A DNA stretch of 64,000 bases, from contig NC_086108.1 in NCBI RefSeq assembly GCF_963921235.1, positions 23,932,001-23,996,000 of the forward strand, read 5' to 3'. Under the pieces are notes generated by a model. It did no database searches. It saw only the letters and a list, made by a program, of their open reading frames with translations, and was not told the DNA's origin. The DNA is from Mobula hypostoma (lineage: Eukaryota). This document shows, in pieces, positions 35,060 through 47,559 of the stretch. The first letter of the stretch is position 1; each line of letters begins with the position of its first letter. Both the position numbers and the translations under genes were made by a program.

Positions 35060-36892
35060 AAGCGCTGCCCTCCACTCTCTCCGCACTAATCCCAACCTTA
35101 CCATCAAACCTGCTGACAAAGGTGGTGCCGTAGTAGTCTGGCGGATGAACCTCTACCTCACTGAGGCAAAACGTCAGCTCCCTGACACCTCCTCTTACTT
35201 ACCACTGGAACAGGACCCCACCAAAAAACATCAAACCATTGTCTCCCACACCATCACCGCCCTGATCAACTCCGGAGACCTTCCATCCTCAGCTGCTAAA
35301 CTCATTATTCCCACACCCCACACCACTCGGTTTTACCTCCTCCCAAAGATACAAAAGCCTGACTGTCTTGGTAGACCCATAGTTTCTGCCTGCTCCTGTC
35401 CCACCGAACTTGTATCTGTCTACCTGGACTCCATTTTGTCACCCATAGTTCAGTCCCTCCCCACCTACATCCGGGATACATCCCATGCCCTCCAACTCTT
35501 CAATAACTTCCAATTCCCCGGTCCCAACTGCTACATTTTTACTATGGATGTCCAATCCTTATACACCTCCATTCCCCATCAAGGAGGCCTCAAAGCCTTC
35601 CGCTACTTCCTGGATGATAGACCTCACCAGTTCCCCACCACTACTACCCTCCTCTGGTTGGCGGAACTGATTCTCACACTTAATAACTTCTCTTTTGGCT
35701 CTTCCCACTTTCTTCAGACTAAGCGTGTAGCTATGGGAACTCACATGGGACCCAGCTATGCCTGCCTCTTCGTTGGTTATGTGGAACAGTCTGTGCTCCA
35801 AACCTATTCTGGTACTGCTCCCCAACTTGTCCTTCGGTACATTGACGACTACATTGGTGCTGCTTCCTGCACCCATGCTGAACTCGTCAATTTCATCGAC
35901 TTTACTTCAAACTTCCACCCAGCCCTCAAATTCACTTGCTCTTTCTCAGACACTTCTCTCCCCTTTCTCGATGTCTCAGTCTCCATCTCTGGAGACAGAC
36001 TGTCCACTGACATCTTCTACAAGCCCACTGACTCTCATAACTACCACGACTATACCTCTTCCCACCCCACCACATGCAAAAATGCCATTCCCTATTCCCA
36101 GTTCCTCCGTCTCTGCTGCATCTGCTCCCAGGATGAGGCTTTCCGTTCCAGGACATTTCGAATGTCCTCTTTCTTTAAGGATTGTGGTTTCCCTTCTGCT
36201 ATCATCAATGATGCCCTCACCCACATCTCCTCCATTTACCACACTTCGGCCCTCACCCTATCCTCCCGCAACCACAACAGGGACAGAGTTCCCCTTGTCC
36301 TTACCTACCACCCCACCACCCTCTGGATCCAGCACATTATCCTCCACAACTTCTGCCACCTTCAACAGGACCCCACCACTAAGTACATTTTCCCTCTCCA
36401 CCCCTCTCCACTTTCCGCAGGGATCGATCCCTCCGCGACTCCCTTATCTGCATGTCCATCCCCACTGATCTCCCACCCGGCACTTATCCCTGTAAGCGTA
36501 AGTGCTACACCTGTCCCTACACCTCATCTCTTGCAACCATTCAGGGCCCCAAACAGTCCTTCCAGGTGAGACAACACTTCACTTGTGAGTCTGTTGGGGT
36601 CATCTACTGCATCCGGTGCTCCCGGTGCAGCCTCCTCTACATCGGTGAAACCCGACACAGATTGGGGGACCGCTTCATCGAGCACCTCCACTCCGTCCGC
36701 CACAACAGACAGGATCTCCTGGTAGCCACCCACTTCAACTCTGCTTCCCATTCCCATTCAGATATGTCCATACATGGCCTCCTCTACTGCCATGATGAGG
36801 CTAAACTCAGGTTGGAGGAGCAACACCTGATATACCGTCTAGGTAGTCTCCAGCCCCTTGGTATGAACATAGATTTCTCCAATTTCTGGTAA
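35060..36892 (+). pseudogene. Penelope RT + GIY-YIG endonuclease ORF with one apparent frameshift near 36400
   Basis: ORF 35007-36569 (no stop through RT) overlaps ORF 36452-36892 (GIY-YIG) in a different frame. Confidence 0.9.
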
Positions 36893-37098
36893 TTCACTCC
36901 CTCTCCCTTCCTCCAACCCTATTTCACTCCACCCCCTCCCCCAGCTCCCTCATGGTTCCGCCACCTTCTTCTACTATCCATTGTTTTCAGGGCTATGACG
37001 TCAATGCTTCCCCTCACCCACCCCTTTGTCTTTCAAATTACTGGTCTTTCAACTGACGCTACAAGCATTCTTCAAATCCTTCCCCATCTTTCATTCTT

Positions 37099-37135
37099 CA
37101 GTCTTGACGAAGAGTTCCGGGCGAAACGTCGAATC
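37099..37135 (+). ncRNA. Hammerhead-like motif in Penelope 3' terminal region (mutated)
   Basis: cagtc-TTGACGA-agagttccgggc-GAAAC-GTC-gaatc; first core base is T instead of C and stem II is imperfect. Confidence 0.55.
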
Positions 37136-37699
37136 ATCATTTCTAACTGATGCTGCCCGACCTGCTGAGCTCATCCAAGCTATTTATTACCAGGAAGAAC
37201 ACTGGGACCCCAGTTAGACAGTAGTGCAGGCCATGTGGATTGCCACTGACATAAATGAAGAGTGGAGGGATTAAAAGAAAAATGGAGCAACGTTTCCTAA
37301 CTTACTTTAACAAAAACAATCAGTCATTATAAAGATGTTAGAATTCAAATGATTCAGGAACTACTTTCAAAGGAACTTGCCATGATTTTATGCAGCTGAG
37401 TGCAGAATTGTGACTGAATGAAAGCAACTTCAGCTGCAAGTGTAAGGTTTCAAATTCCATTCTAAGACTAGGCTTTAGGAAAAGGAAAATGGGACTGATG
37501 GAGTTGTCCTGCTGGAAGCTGGATTGAACTGATTGGCCTCCTTCCATTTTGAAGAATATAAGAATGTATTGGTGTGCTTGGCATAATGAATGAAGAAATG
37601 GAATTGACTGTATTGCATAACTGGAGATTTGATTAATAAAGTTTATTTGGGGGGCGGGTGAATGGTAGATTAGGTAACAGGCAGGCAATGGAGGAGTCC

Positions 37700-38285
37700 C
37701 ATTCATACAGATCAATATACTACACTGCATTGAGGCAGTAAAAGGTAAAGCAGTAACAGAGTGCAGAATAAATTCCACAGAGAAAGTGCAATAAGGTGCA
37801 AGGTTACAGTGAGGTAGATTGAGCTCACAACTCCATTTTATCATCCTGGGGAATGTTCAATAGTCTTATAACAGTGGATAGAAGATGTCCTTCACTCTGA
37901 TGGTACATGCTTTTAGGATTTTGTATCTCCTATCCAATGGAACGGGGAAGAAGAGGGAATGTCCAGGTGGGTAGGGTCTTTGCCTATGTTGGCTGCTTTC
38001 CTGTGGCAGCGAGAAGTGTGGACAAAGTCCAGGGAGGGGAGAGTCCACAACTCTCTGCAGTTTCTTGCAATCACAGGCAGAGCAATTATGACATCAAGCC
38101 ATGATATTTTCAATGGTGAATTGGGAAAAATTTGTGATGTTCAAAGATTTTATTTTAGCCTCTGGAGGAAGTAGAGACACTGGTAAGCTTTCCTGGCCCT
38201 GGCATCAACATGGTTGGACCAGGACAGCCTTTTGGTGATGTTCACTCTTATACATGATATTCTCAACCCTCTCAGCTTCAACACC
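37700..38285 (-). mobile_element. Old Rex1/Babar 3' fragment
   Basis: HTSRCHRKAANIGKDPTH / PGHSLFFPVPLDRRYKILKACTIRVKDIFYP. Confidence 0.75.
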
Positions 38286-38351
38286 TGATGTCTAAACCCC
38301 TAACCTGAAAAACTAAACTTCTAATAAAATAGAATTCCCGCATGGAGAGAC

Positions 38352-38625
38352 AGGGTCATAGAGAATCATGCAGTATGAAAACAGGCTGCTTTTCTCACCA
38401 ACTCCTCACTAACCATCGAGAGGGTCATGGACAGTCATACAGCACAGAAACAGGCCATTTCTCCCACCAAGTCCTCACTAACCATTGAGAGGGTCATGGA
38501 CAGTCATGCAGTACAGAAGCAGGCTGCTTCTCCCACCAAGTCCTCACTAACCATTGAGAGGGTCATGGACAGTCATGCAGTACAGAAGCAGGCTGCTTCT
38601 CCCACCAAGTCCTCTCTAACTATCA
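38352..38625. repeat. 69-bp minisatellite (4 copies)
   Basis: agggtcat... units start at 38352, 38421, 38490 and 38559. Confidence 0.95.
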
Positions 38626-38880
38626 GCCACCTATTTGCACTAATCCCATTTTGTTCTTCCCACATTCTTAACTCCAGACAGATTCTATTTCTCACATACT
38701 CCCTCAGAGCAATTTACAATGGAAAATTAACCTAACAACTTGCATGACTTTGGAATGTGGGAGGAAACCAGAACACCTGGGAAAAATCCACACGTCAAAG
38801 GGAGAATGTGCAAATTTCACACAGGCACCTCCATAGAGGGGGTCAGGATTAAACTTGTCTCTGGCACTATTAGTTGCAGT
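38352..38880 (-). mobile_element. V-SINE (HE1-like) with tandemly amplified tail
   Basis: ctttggaatgtgggaggaaaccagaacacctgggaaaaatccacacgtcaaagggagaatgtgcaaatttcacacag is the reverse complement of the V-domain. Confidence 0.75.
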
Positions 38881-39654
38881 TTAGTGGTTGCGGCTCAAGG
38901 TGAGTGAGGGATTTTAACCCTATGGGTGTGAAGGTTTGGCCAAGTAGAAATGACACTGCAGTGAAATCTTGGCACCAGCTCTCTAACTTGTGCATCTCAC
39001 CTGCTATCTGCTTCTAAAGTTCAGTGAAGAACTAGAGAAAATTACATTTTGAAACATCCAGACTTACTTTATCTGTAATTTTTTTGATATATTGTTGAAG
39101 TAATTTGAATCTTAGGGAAATAAAAATGCTTTCACTGCATATCTAATATAAAGATCAGTATTCTCTCGCTGCTGGTACTCCAGGAAACCCCTCATTTTAC
39201 TTAACACAACTGTCACCAAAGTGAAAGAAAACATTCCTGCTATGATACATCCTTGTGTACTAAAGCATACTGTGATTACCTGCCAGTGTTTTGAAATTTA
39301 TTGTTTTAAGTTTTCAAACTTTGTCCTTTTGTTGCAACTACTTCATCAAAACAGCTGTTTGGTTGCAGAATTTGCTCTTACAGAATTCATGAGTGATTGT
39401 CCAAATATTTGAGGTATGGAATGAATTTGGTCTCATGGAATTCATGTGAAAAAGAACATAAGTCAAAACAAAATTTATTTTTTCCTCATGTTTCTTGATT
39501 CATACACAGATTATGCAGCTTAGTGACATGGAAAAATGTGATATGTCCTCTTTCTAGGAATGCAACCATGTGTAATGTGGGTGCTGCCTGCAACCAGCAA
39601 AATCTGCAGGATACCCTTAGAATTGATCAAAGACAGAAAGCGATTGCAGTACTG

Positions 39655-40095
39655 ATTGATTGCACCATCCAGGCCATGCTCTCTTCTCGCTACTGCCATC
39701 AGGAAGAAGATACAGCAGTCCTAGGTTCAACATCACCAGCTTCAGGAACTGTTAGTACCCTTCAACCATCAGGCTCCTGAACCAGCCTGGATGACTGAAC
39801 TCAGCTCAACTCTGAATGGATTCCACAACCAATGGACTCAGTTTCAATGACTCTACAACTCATATTCTCATTATTTATTTATTTGTTTGTTTGTTCGTTT
39901 ATTTATTTTTTGCCTAGTTTGTCTTCTTGTGCACGTCGTTTGCCAGTCTTTATATATGTGTAGCTTTTCATTGATTCTCTGGTATTTCTCTGTTCTACTG
40001 TGAATGCTTGCAATAAAATTAATTTCAAGGTAGCATATATTGACATATACATACTTTGATAATAAGTTTACTTTGAACTTACTTTGAATTTTGAA
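39655..40095 (+). mobile_element. Rex1/Babar 3' end
   Basis: caccatccaggccatgctctcttctcgctactgccatcaggaagaagatacagcag...ctttgaactt tail. Confidence 0.75.
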
Positions 40096-42574
40096 CAAGA
40101 CCAAAAGAAAATCACTAATAAGCGATCACTAATAAACTCTGATGTATTACTCCAATAATTCCCTTCTTTGAATATGATGTTGCATCCCCAGCATTTTGTG
40201 CAATTAAAAAAGACCCACAAGGATGAAACATAACAAGGTGCATTGGAGAACAAAGCCACAACCATCTCCAGACTGGGGTCAGCAAGGGTTGTGCTGTGAA
40301 GCCCTTGAGATGACAGTTCAAAGTTCTAGCAAATATTGCACAAAGTTCTGCTTATATCGCCGATAAATTAGTCCACCCATAGCAACGGTCTTAACTCTGA
40401 TACCAGGACTAAAGATGCTCAGGCTTTAAAGAGGTGGGGTAAAAATGCCTGTCCTCCTTTAACCCTGCTGATCTTTTGCCTCCCACTGCAGCTCAGATGA
40501 ATGGCCTTCACCTGAACAAAGCTGAATAGATTACACCAAATCATTAAATTAATAGATTATGCACAACTAAATAATACTGTTTAACTTCAGCAAAAACAGA
40601 GTAGAGGAGTTTAAATAGTGTATTGAGGCAGGAACTAGGTGCTTCTCTAATGATTAGGAAAGTGCGGAGGACAGTCTGATTTCCTAAGCAACACACACAA
40701 AATGCTGAAGGAACTCAACAGGCCAGGCAGCATCTATGGAAATGAATAGACTCTCAATGTTTTGGACTGAGAACTCTCCTGTTGAATGTGCACACTGGAA
40801 CTTTGTCTCATCGGAACAAAGCTAAAGGTGTGCTGACCAAACACCACTCAGGTGAACAAAGTGCACTGGCAACTGGAGGAGACATCTCACTGTGCCTATC
40901 CCTATCCCTATCCCTATTCCTGTCCGGCTCCACTTCCTCCTTCTGCTACCCCACCCCCACAACCACATCAGGTGTCAATAGATGGGCATGGTGCATCAAG
41001 CAATAATTCTGCCATTTCCACTACTCTCTATTTTTACATATGATATTGTGCAAGTGACTGTAATAAGGAAGAGTTAATTTTTATCTTCCACAGAGATGTT
41101 GGCTCTGAGGTCCTTAATCCACCCTACTTAAATTAAACTAAAAGGAACAGACAAAAATCTTGGACAAGGGATTTTCAAGGGGTGTGTGTGTGTGTGTCTC
41201 TCAACTGTAATTAAATTCTTGAGGGAGATGAGGGAGGATGTTTAGTGAGGCAGAACACAACTATTGGAATATTGCCTTGGGGGTCAATCAGGTCATTAGT
41301 ACCCAGAGGTGTTAGACTATAAATTATGCACATATCTTAACTAAATAAACCATACTTTCTGAGCAGTGGCACAGTGGCAGATGGAATACACAGGTGACCA
41401 CACAAGCTACATTTGTGTATGATCGTCCTGCAGGAACAGAGCGACAGAACATTACTTAAACTGTAGCTTTCTGGAGTCTCTTGTTCTGTAACTGCTCAGT
41501 TCTATTTCCTTATTCTGGTACTTACGCCTCCTGAGTTTTGGACAGAACTAGAGGGCTTTCAGGGAGCTTTGTAAGCAAAATTACACGTCTAATGATGAAA
41601 AAAACACAGAACAGTACATGCTGTGCAAAAGCTTCAAGAAGGCTGATACAACTTCCCTCTGGTCCCTCAGAAATAAAACTGGCAACTTACAAGCTGCCGT
41701 AAATCTGTGACATGAGGATAAGGAGATAACTGAAGAATGTATTGAGCTATGCGACTTCAAAACTGAACTGCAGTTTTAAGAAAACATCCATCATTTCTAT
41801 GCAGCACTAACAGTGCCACTGCTGGTTAAAAAATTCAGAGAAGAATTTTCAATAATCCCATACATGACACAGCCTCTTTAGACCTAAAATGGATCACATA
41901 TTGCTCATTGGATATACAACTTAATGAAATTAATGGTCTAATTAGACTCCAGTCTTGGCAAAACACGTGGTAACAAGGATTGCTAAACAGATCCAGTTCA
42001 AGAAATCACACAGAAGAGAATACATCTTATTTTACAGAAGTTGCCACCAACACTGAAAATGTATGTTATATGAGTTGGTTGCGTCAGTAAAGTTGCTTGA
42101 GGAAAACAGATTTTTTTTTCCCCAGAAACAATGCTTTAGCATTTAATTAGTAAGACAATGTGTACCTGGGGATAAATGAACAAACACAATCTATAATTAG
42201 GACTGAAACCAACAGTTCAATTTAAATATCTCAGGATTCAATTTATACACAACAAATACTGGGACCGATTACAGCTGATTCTTTGCAATAGCAATTCCAA
42301 TGTATCAGATTCTGACAAGTGCTAAACCTAGTCTTCAAATTCTCCATCATTTATATTGATAATATTCAGCACCAGTGAATAACTGAAATGTCTTAAGAGA
42401 AGTGTTATTTTAAATTTTGGATTGCTCTTTGCCCTTCTACTTCTCTTGCTCAATGTTTATGTTCTTCTCATGTAGATACTCTCACAAGCATCATAGCAGT
42501 CTTGGCCTGAGCTAAAATAAATACACTGTACTTTTCTGGCTTTCCACCCCACATTTGTGGGATCTCTCAAAGCA

Positions 42575-42920
42575 GTATGTAGTCCCCTTCTCTCTTCTTC
42601 TGTTTCCCACTCTAGCTTTTTACCTCTCCTCACCTACCTATCGCCTCCCCGTGAGTCCCTTCCTCTTTCCCTTTCTCCTATGGTCCATTCTCCTCTCCTA
42701 TCAGATTTCTTTCTCTCCAGCCCTTTACGTTTCCCTCCCACCTTATTTCATTGATCACCTTCTAACTATCCTCCTCCCCCTCCCCCCACCTTCTTATTCT
42801 GGCATCTTCCTCCTTCCTTTCCAGTCCCGAAGAAGGGTCTCGGCCCAAAATGTTGACTGTCTATTAATTTCTATAGATGCGCTTGACCTGCTGAGCTCCC
42901 CTAGCATTCTGTAAGTATTA
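42575..42920 (+). mobile_element. Penelope-derived 3' tail element with mutated hammerhead core
   Basis: Pyrimidine-rich 3' UTR, then cagtcccgaagaagggtctcggcccaaaatgttgactg (42822-42859) and gacctgctgagctcccctagcatt. A shorter minus-strand copy lies at 40686-40780. Confidence 0.85.
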
Positions 42921-43269
42921 TTCTTGTTGCTTTGGGGGAGTTCACAACAGCAATCTCACAAATAGCTGAGATGAATAAATGCCTTTGATTCAACGATAAA
43001 TATCAACCAGGACAGCAGATTTCTGTTGAAAGCACCTCTAACAACCACTAGAACAGTGACATCACCTTAGCCTTCCCTGGAAAATGCAGACACACAACAA
43101 TCCTTCAGTACAGCATTTAGGCCTCTGTCTGGCAAATGAATTTGAGTCATGGAGTGGGACCCAGATCTCTGATCCAGACAGCTGAACCAAAAGAAAGGAA
43201 GAACTCAAAGGAAAATTTTGAATAAACACCAATTTAAAAAAGCTAAAATTAAAGGAAATATATCAAAAT

Positions 43270-43313
<44 letters not shown>

Positions 43314-43324
43314 TATATATATAT
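43270..43324. repeat. (TA)n(TG)n microsatellite
   Basis: Direct reading. Confidence 0.95.
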
Positions 43325-44982
43325 TTGATTCATTATAATGGCTGTTATCTTTTGAAACATTTACAAAACTAGAATATCCTCAGCTGTTGTTGTGCAATGA
43401 GGTATGGATGTATCATGCTTGCAAAGGCAGTAAGTATAAACAGAGCAGCCTAGTTCCATTCTTGTTGGTTGTCAATTAGCTAAGTCAAGATGGGTGAATT
43501 GTGGGCCAAGAATTGTCATACTTATTCTGCCAACTATTTCTCGCTAACACTGAAACAAACATAGACTTGATCCAACAGTGCCTACCTAGCCAGCCACATT
43601 GGAATTATGGCTTGGGAGCATGTCTTCTTATGGTCAAATTCGGCTTCTGGCAACTCTGAAGGAGTGTGTTCCTGAAAGTGGAGGCTCCGGTATTTGACTG
43701 ATCATGACTTACAGATGCAAGTGAGAGCAAAGGCCAATTGCTCATCATGTGGACAGTAGTGATGGCAGAGGAAGTGAGTTAGGGAGAGGATAGTGGGGCA
43801 AAAGTTGTTTAGAGGGAGGATGCTACCAGAAATACTTGAAAATAGCACAGGGAAGAGGTCGGAGATTGGATCAGTATTGGGAAAGGAGAAGGAACCACAA
43901 TAGCATGGATTAACCACATGGCTGATGACTCAGGACTTTAGGATCATATTGTGAAAAGATTGGGAAGGGGAGAAATTTCTGAAAGATGATCAGTTTGTGC
44001 ATTTGGTTGTGAGGGTGTTGGCTGATAGGTGGTCCAAGGCTTCTTAAACAGGAGGTGCAGGCAAAATGCTATGTTTGGGGTTAGTATGTTTTCTGGACAA
44101 GCTGCCATTCCTCTTCAGAAGATGCTATTTTTACCAACAATTGTCCTGCACATGGGGTTATAGAAGAGGCTGTTCAAAAACTGAAGCAGGATTGAATAAT
44201 ACACTTTGAAGGATATCCACCATGGATCTTAAGTTCTTATCTACTTCTTGTTTGCCTCTTTCATTCCTGTACGTTGATTCACGTCTCTTTCCATGTATCA
44301 TTCTGTTTATTTCAGTTTCAACAGTCTGTTTCTCTGACTGTTTCATTGTCTCCTCTTATCATTCCATCTCTGTCTCTTGCATCATACCTCTCCTTTCCAC
44401 TGTATCTCTCCCACATTGAGTTTCTGTACTAATTTAAAAAGTGCAACTGGGCATTGATGATTGAATTCTACGTTCTTATCTTACACTGGACTGACAGGGA
44501 TGATCATGACCAGTGTTGTTGATCATTTCTAAATGTTTAAGAGCCATTATAGGTTCTGGCTAATAGATGAAGTACAAATTATGCTCAATTCACCGATTTT
44601 AGATGAGTTACATAATTAAGTACACGAGAAAGAGCAATTCATCCCAGTCCACCGACTGCATGAGAAGGGAAGAGTATAAATGGATTTGATTCAAGTTGAG
44701 AATAATTAATTTTGGTTGAAAGGTACAATATGAGAATTAGAGCCTAACCAGCCTCTCAACAGTCTCCAAAGTGATGGACCATCATGCACATATCAAGATG
44801 ATTGCAAGGACATGGGATTAATAAACAGGAAGTTGAATGAATCGAAGTGAATCCTTAGGCATGAATGAACTGATGGGTAAGCAAGCACCACGTGGAGTAT
44901 CTGACATTTACCACCTTTGTGTGTGACTGCTTCAAGCTGAAAGAAGTTGAGTGAAGATCTTGAGCTTGTGTGGGCTGACGTA

Positions 44983-45517
44983 CAGTCCTGTGCAAAAGAC
45001 TTAGGCACATATATTTAGCTAGGGTGCCTAAGACTGTTGCACAGTACTGTAGTAGTTTTATGTATTACACCATTCAACTGCAAAAAAAATCATGACATAT
45101 GTGAGTGATGATAAACCTGATTCTGATATGGGTCTCTATTGTGCACAGAGTGAGAAGGGGGCAATGAGAAGGGAATCGTGGTTTGAAAATGGGGAATGGA
45201 GAGGGGAGTGAGCAGGAAGCACCAGAAAGATATTCTGAAATGATCAATAAACCAATTATTTGGAATCAAATGACCTTGCCTGGGGTCTCAGGGCTGGGTA
45301 TCTCTTGCACCTGTGCCAACCCCCACCCCTGACACTCCTTTTCTGCCACCTGTTCCATACTCCTCAAACAGCACTCGACCCTCACCACTCCCAACATTCT
45401 TCGTTCCCGGCAGATTTATAAACTCACTCTCTGCTTCATGTTGACAAATACACTATTGTGCAAAAGTCTTAGGCACCCTAGTTATATATATGTGCCCAAG
45501 GCTTCTGTGCAGTACTG
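44983..45517. mobile_element. Tc1/mariner-type MITE made of two inverted 67-bp palindromic end units
   Basis: TA-cagtcctgtgcaaaagacttaggcac...gtgcctaagactgttgcacagtactg-TA (44983-45049) and TA-cactattgtgcaaaagtcttaggcac...gtgcccaaggcttctgtgcagtactg (45451-45517). Confidence 0.8.
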
Positions 45518-45774
45518 GAGCTGGAACAGGTTTGATTGTTGGGGAACCCATGGGAGACCAGGGTACAAAAAAAACATTATGCATCATTATGTGCAGCTTG
45601 TTCCCAGCATTGCAAAGGGTGTGTTTGCCCAGGTTTCATGGAGCATAACACCTATGGCCACATGTCAATTTGGCAGCGGGCTGCACAAAAATGACTTCAG
45701 TACAAGGTGATGATAGATATGGTTGGATGCTTCCCCAGTCAATTTGAATCATTGGGCAGAATCCTCCAAGAGGA

Positions 45775-46084
45775 TTACAACTTTGTCGTGGATTGGAGGC
45801 TTGTGTACCTCAATGACCTGGAGTGCTATGTTGGCTGGAGTCACGGTTCTTGGTAGGGTCCAACATGCTATAAAGGTCAAAGGGTAGAGGCCAAACTAAG
45901 GGTGGTCCATTGGCCCTCCAGGTTTGGGAGTTCAGATCAGGGCTAACAACCTTGATTGGTAAAACAAAATTATTACAGAAATAGCAAAGAAGAATTTTTT
46001 TGAGTAGCCAAGGACAGGCAGAGATGGAGGACTTTCATTGCTGCCCCAAATTCCAGCAGCATAAAGGGAGTAAGTAAGTAAGTA
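45775..46084 (+). mobile_element. Bipartite RTE-derived SINE-like element
   Basis: RTE/Expander-type 5' UTR (ctttgtcgtggattggaggcttgtgtacctcaatgacctggagtgctatgttggc...ttggtagggtc) plus RTE-type 3' end and (TAAG)n tail. Confidence 0.7.
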
Positions 46085-47559
46085 TGGGACAGAATGCCTC
46101 ATCTTCAGAACTTCCAAGTATGCATCAGACCTTGCTTGGCTGATGGTGGTCATACCCTTCAAGAAATTCCATTGCACATTGCTTTGAGATGGCTGCATCA
46201 CAGATGAGTTTGTCATCCTTCTCCTGGAATGGTCACTAAGGAAGAAGGTCTGGAAAAAGAGGTGCAGTGGTCTTTATTGAAGTTCATCCCACCTAGCTGT
46301 GGAATGTAGAACTCTGCCTGTTCACAAGCACATATGCCGAGACAAGCATCAACTCTGCTGATGAAGCGTGACACCAGCTGGTGTGAGAGAACTTCACTAC
46401 TCAGTGCACAAAACACAGTGAGATGTACCAAGCATTTACTGGACAGTCAATCTGGCATCTTTTCTCCACAAAGGCAACTGTTTGATAGGCTCCACTGGTG
46501 CTGGTAAGGATGCTGGGCAAAGCAAAGCTAGTAATTAGAGTCAGCTGTGGCAGAGCCTCATACATGATAACAACACAAAGCTGACATAGGAAGGTCCAGT
46601 TTTGCATCATTGCCAAAACGTTTTGTGGATATGGTATTAAACAGAAGAATTTGTGGCAGTATTTTGAAGAAGCGCATTCTTCCAATGCTCAGGCCAATAT
46701 TTAATCTGATCATAATCACACTATGTGTTCATCGTGTGCTGTTTATCAGCACCATTCATTACAATACTGTATAGAGGACAGTCAACAGTAAGAGATTGGC
46801 TGCAAAGTACAATGGGATATCCTGCAAAGGACATTAAACATGCTATTTAAATGCAAATCTTCCTTACTTTCAATGGTGGCATATTGTTCCATCAGCTATT
46901 TTTGGTTTCCTTATTACTATACTCCCACCCCAGTCAGACAATTCCAAGCTGGGTACCCAAGTTAGATCCCAAACCACTTCCCACAAAAACAATCATGTAG
47001 AAAACTTTATCGAACCTTTCAATTATTTCAGTGAAGTTACGGTCTGCCTTGACAACCTGCCTCCAAGCATGACCATGGCTAAATGAAGAAGAGATCAGGC
47101 AGAACTGATTCCTAGTTAACATACTACTTTTGTTAATTAGGAATATAATTTTGCATGCTGTGTTAGAGATGAAAATTAGTCCCTCTTATTTTTACTGCCT
47201 CCTAACAATGCATCCTAATGACAAAGACTCTGACAGTATAATAATGGCTGTTCGTTTGCTTACTCTAACTACCTAACTCTTGGTCACGCAGCCTTTCTCT
47301 ATATAATATTACCTACTAAACAGCATTTCTCTGCGTATAATACAGGAGCCTTTTAAAATGTCTGAGCTGTCTAATTAATGCCACTCCCTCACACATCACC
47401 TTTCAGCCAAAGCAAAGCCTTGAACCATAGATGCCTATTACAAAACAGATTCCTCACCCACTATGCCCAGGCATTACTTTATTCCTTCTCTTGGTATTTT
47501 GTCTATATATGACACCCCAACTGCAAAGGGTTAAAACCCAAACACTGCATTAATATTGT

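Larger units (their letters stand above)
35060..37185 (+). mobile_element. Penelope-like element (Neptune-type), 5'-truncated
   Basis: TIKPADKGGAVVV, FYLLPKIQK, GRPIVS, MDVQSLYTSIP, VAMGTHMGPSYACLFVG, RYIDD; Cys linker CKRKCYTC; GIY-YIG (GVIYCIRCSRCSLLYIGET..LGDRFIEH); 3' tail with hammerhead-like motif. Confidence 0.96.

Noticed and set aside
35559..36468. Overlapping alternative-frame and antisense ORFs (236, 105, 88 aa)
   Set aside because: Shadows of the Penelope RT ORF with low-complexity S/P/T content and no motifs.
38427..38735. ORF with 23-aa tandem repeats
   Set aside because: Caused by the 69-bp minisatellite derived from a SINE tail; no gene structure.
42935..43190. Possible Deu-domain SINE (SacSINE1-like) remnant, also near 9235-9335
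   Set aside because: Too degenerate to support by eye; needs a profile search.
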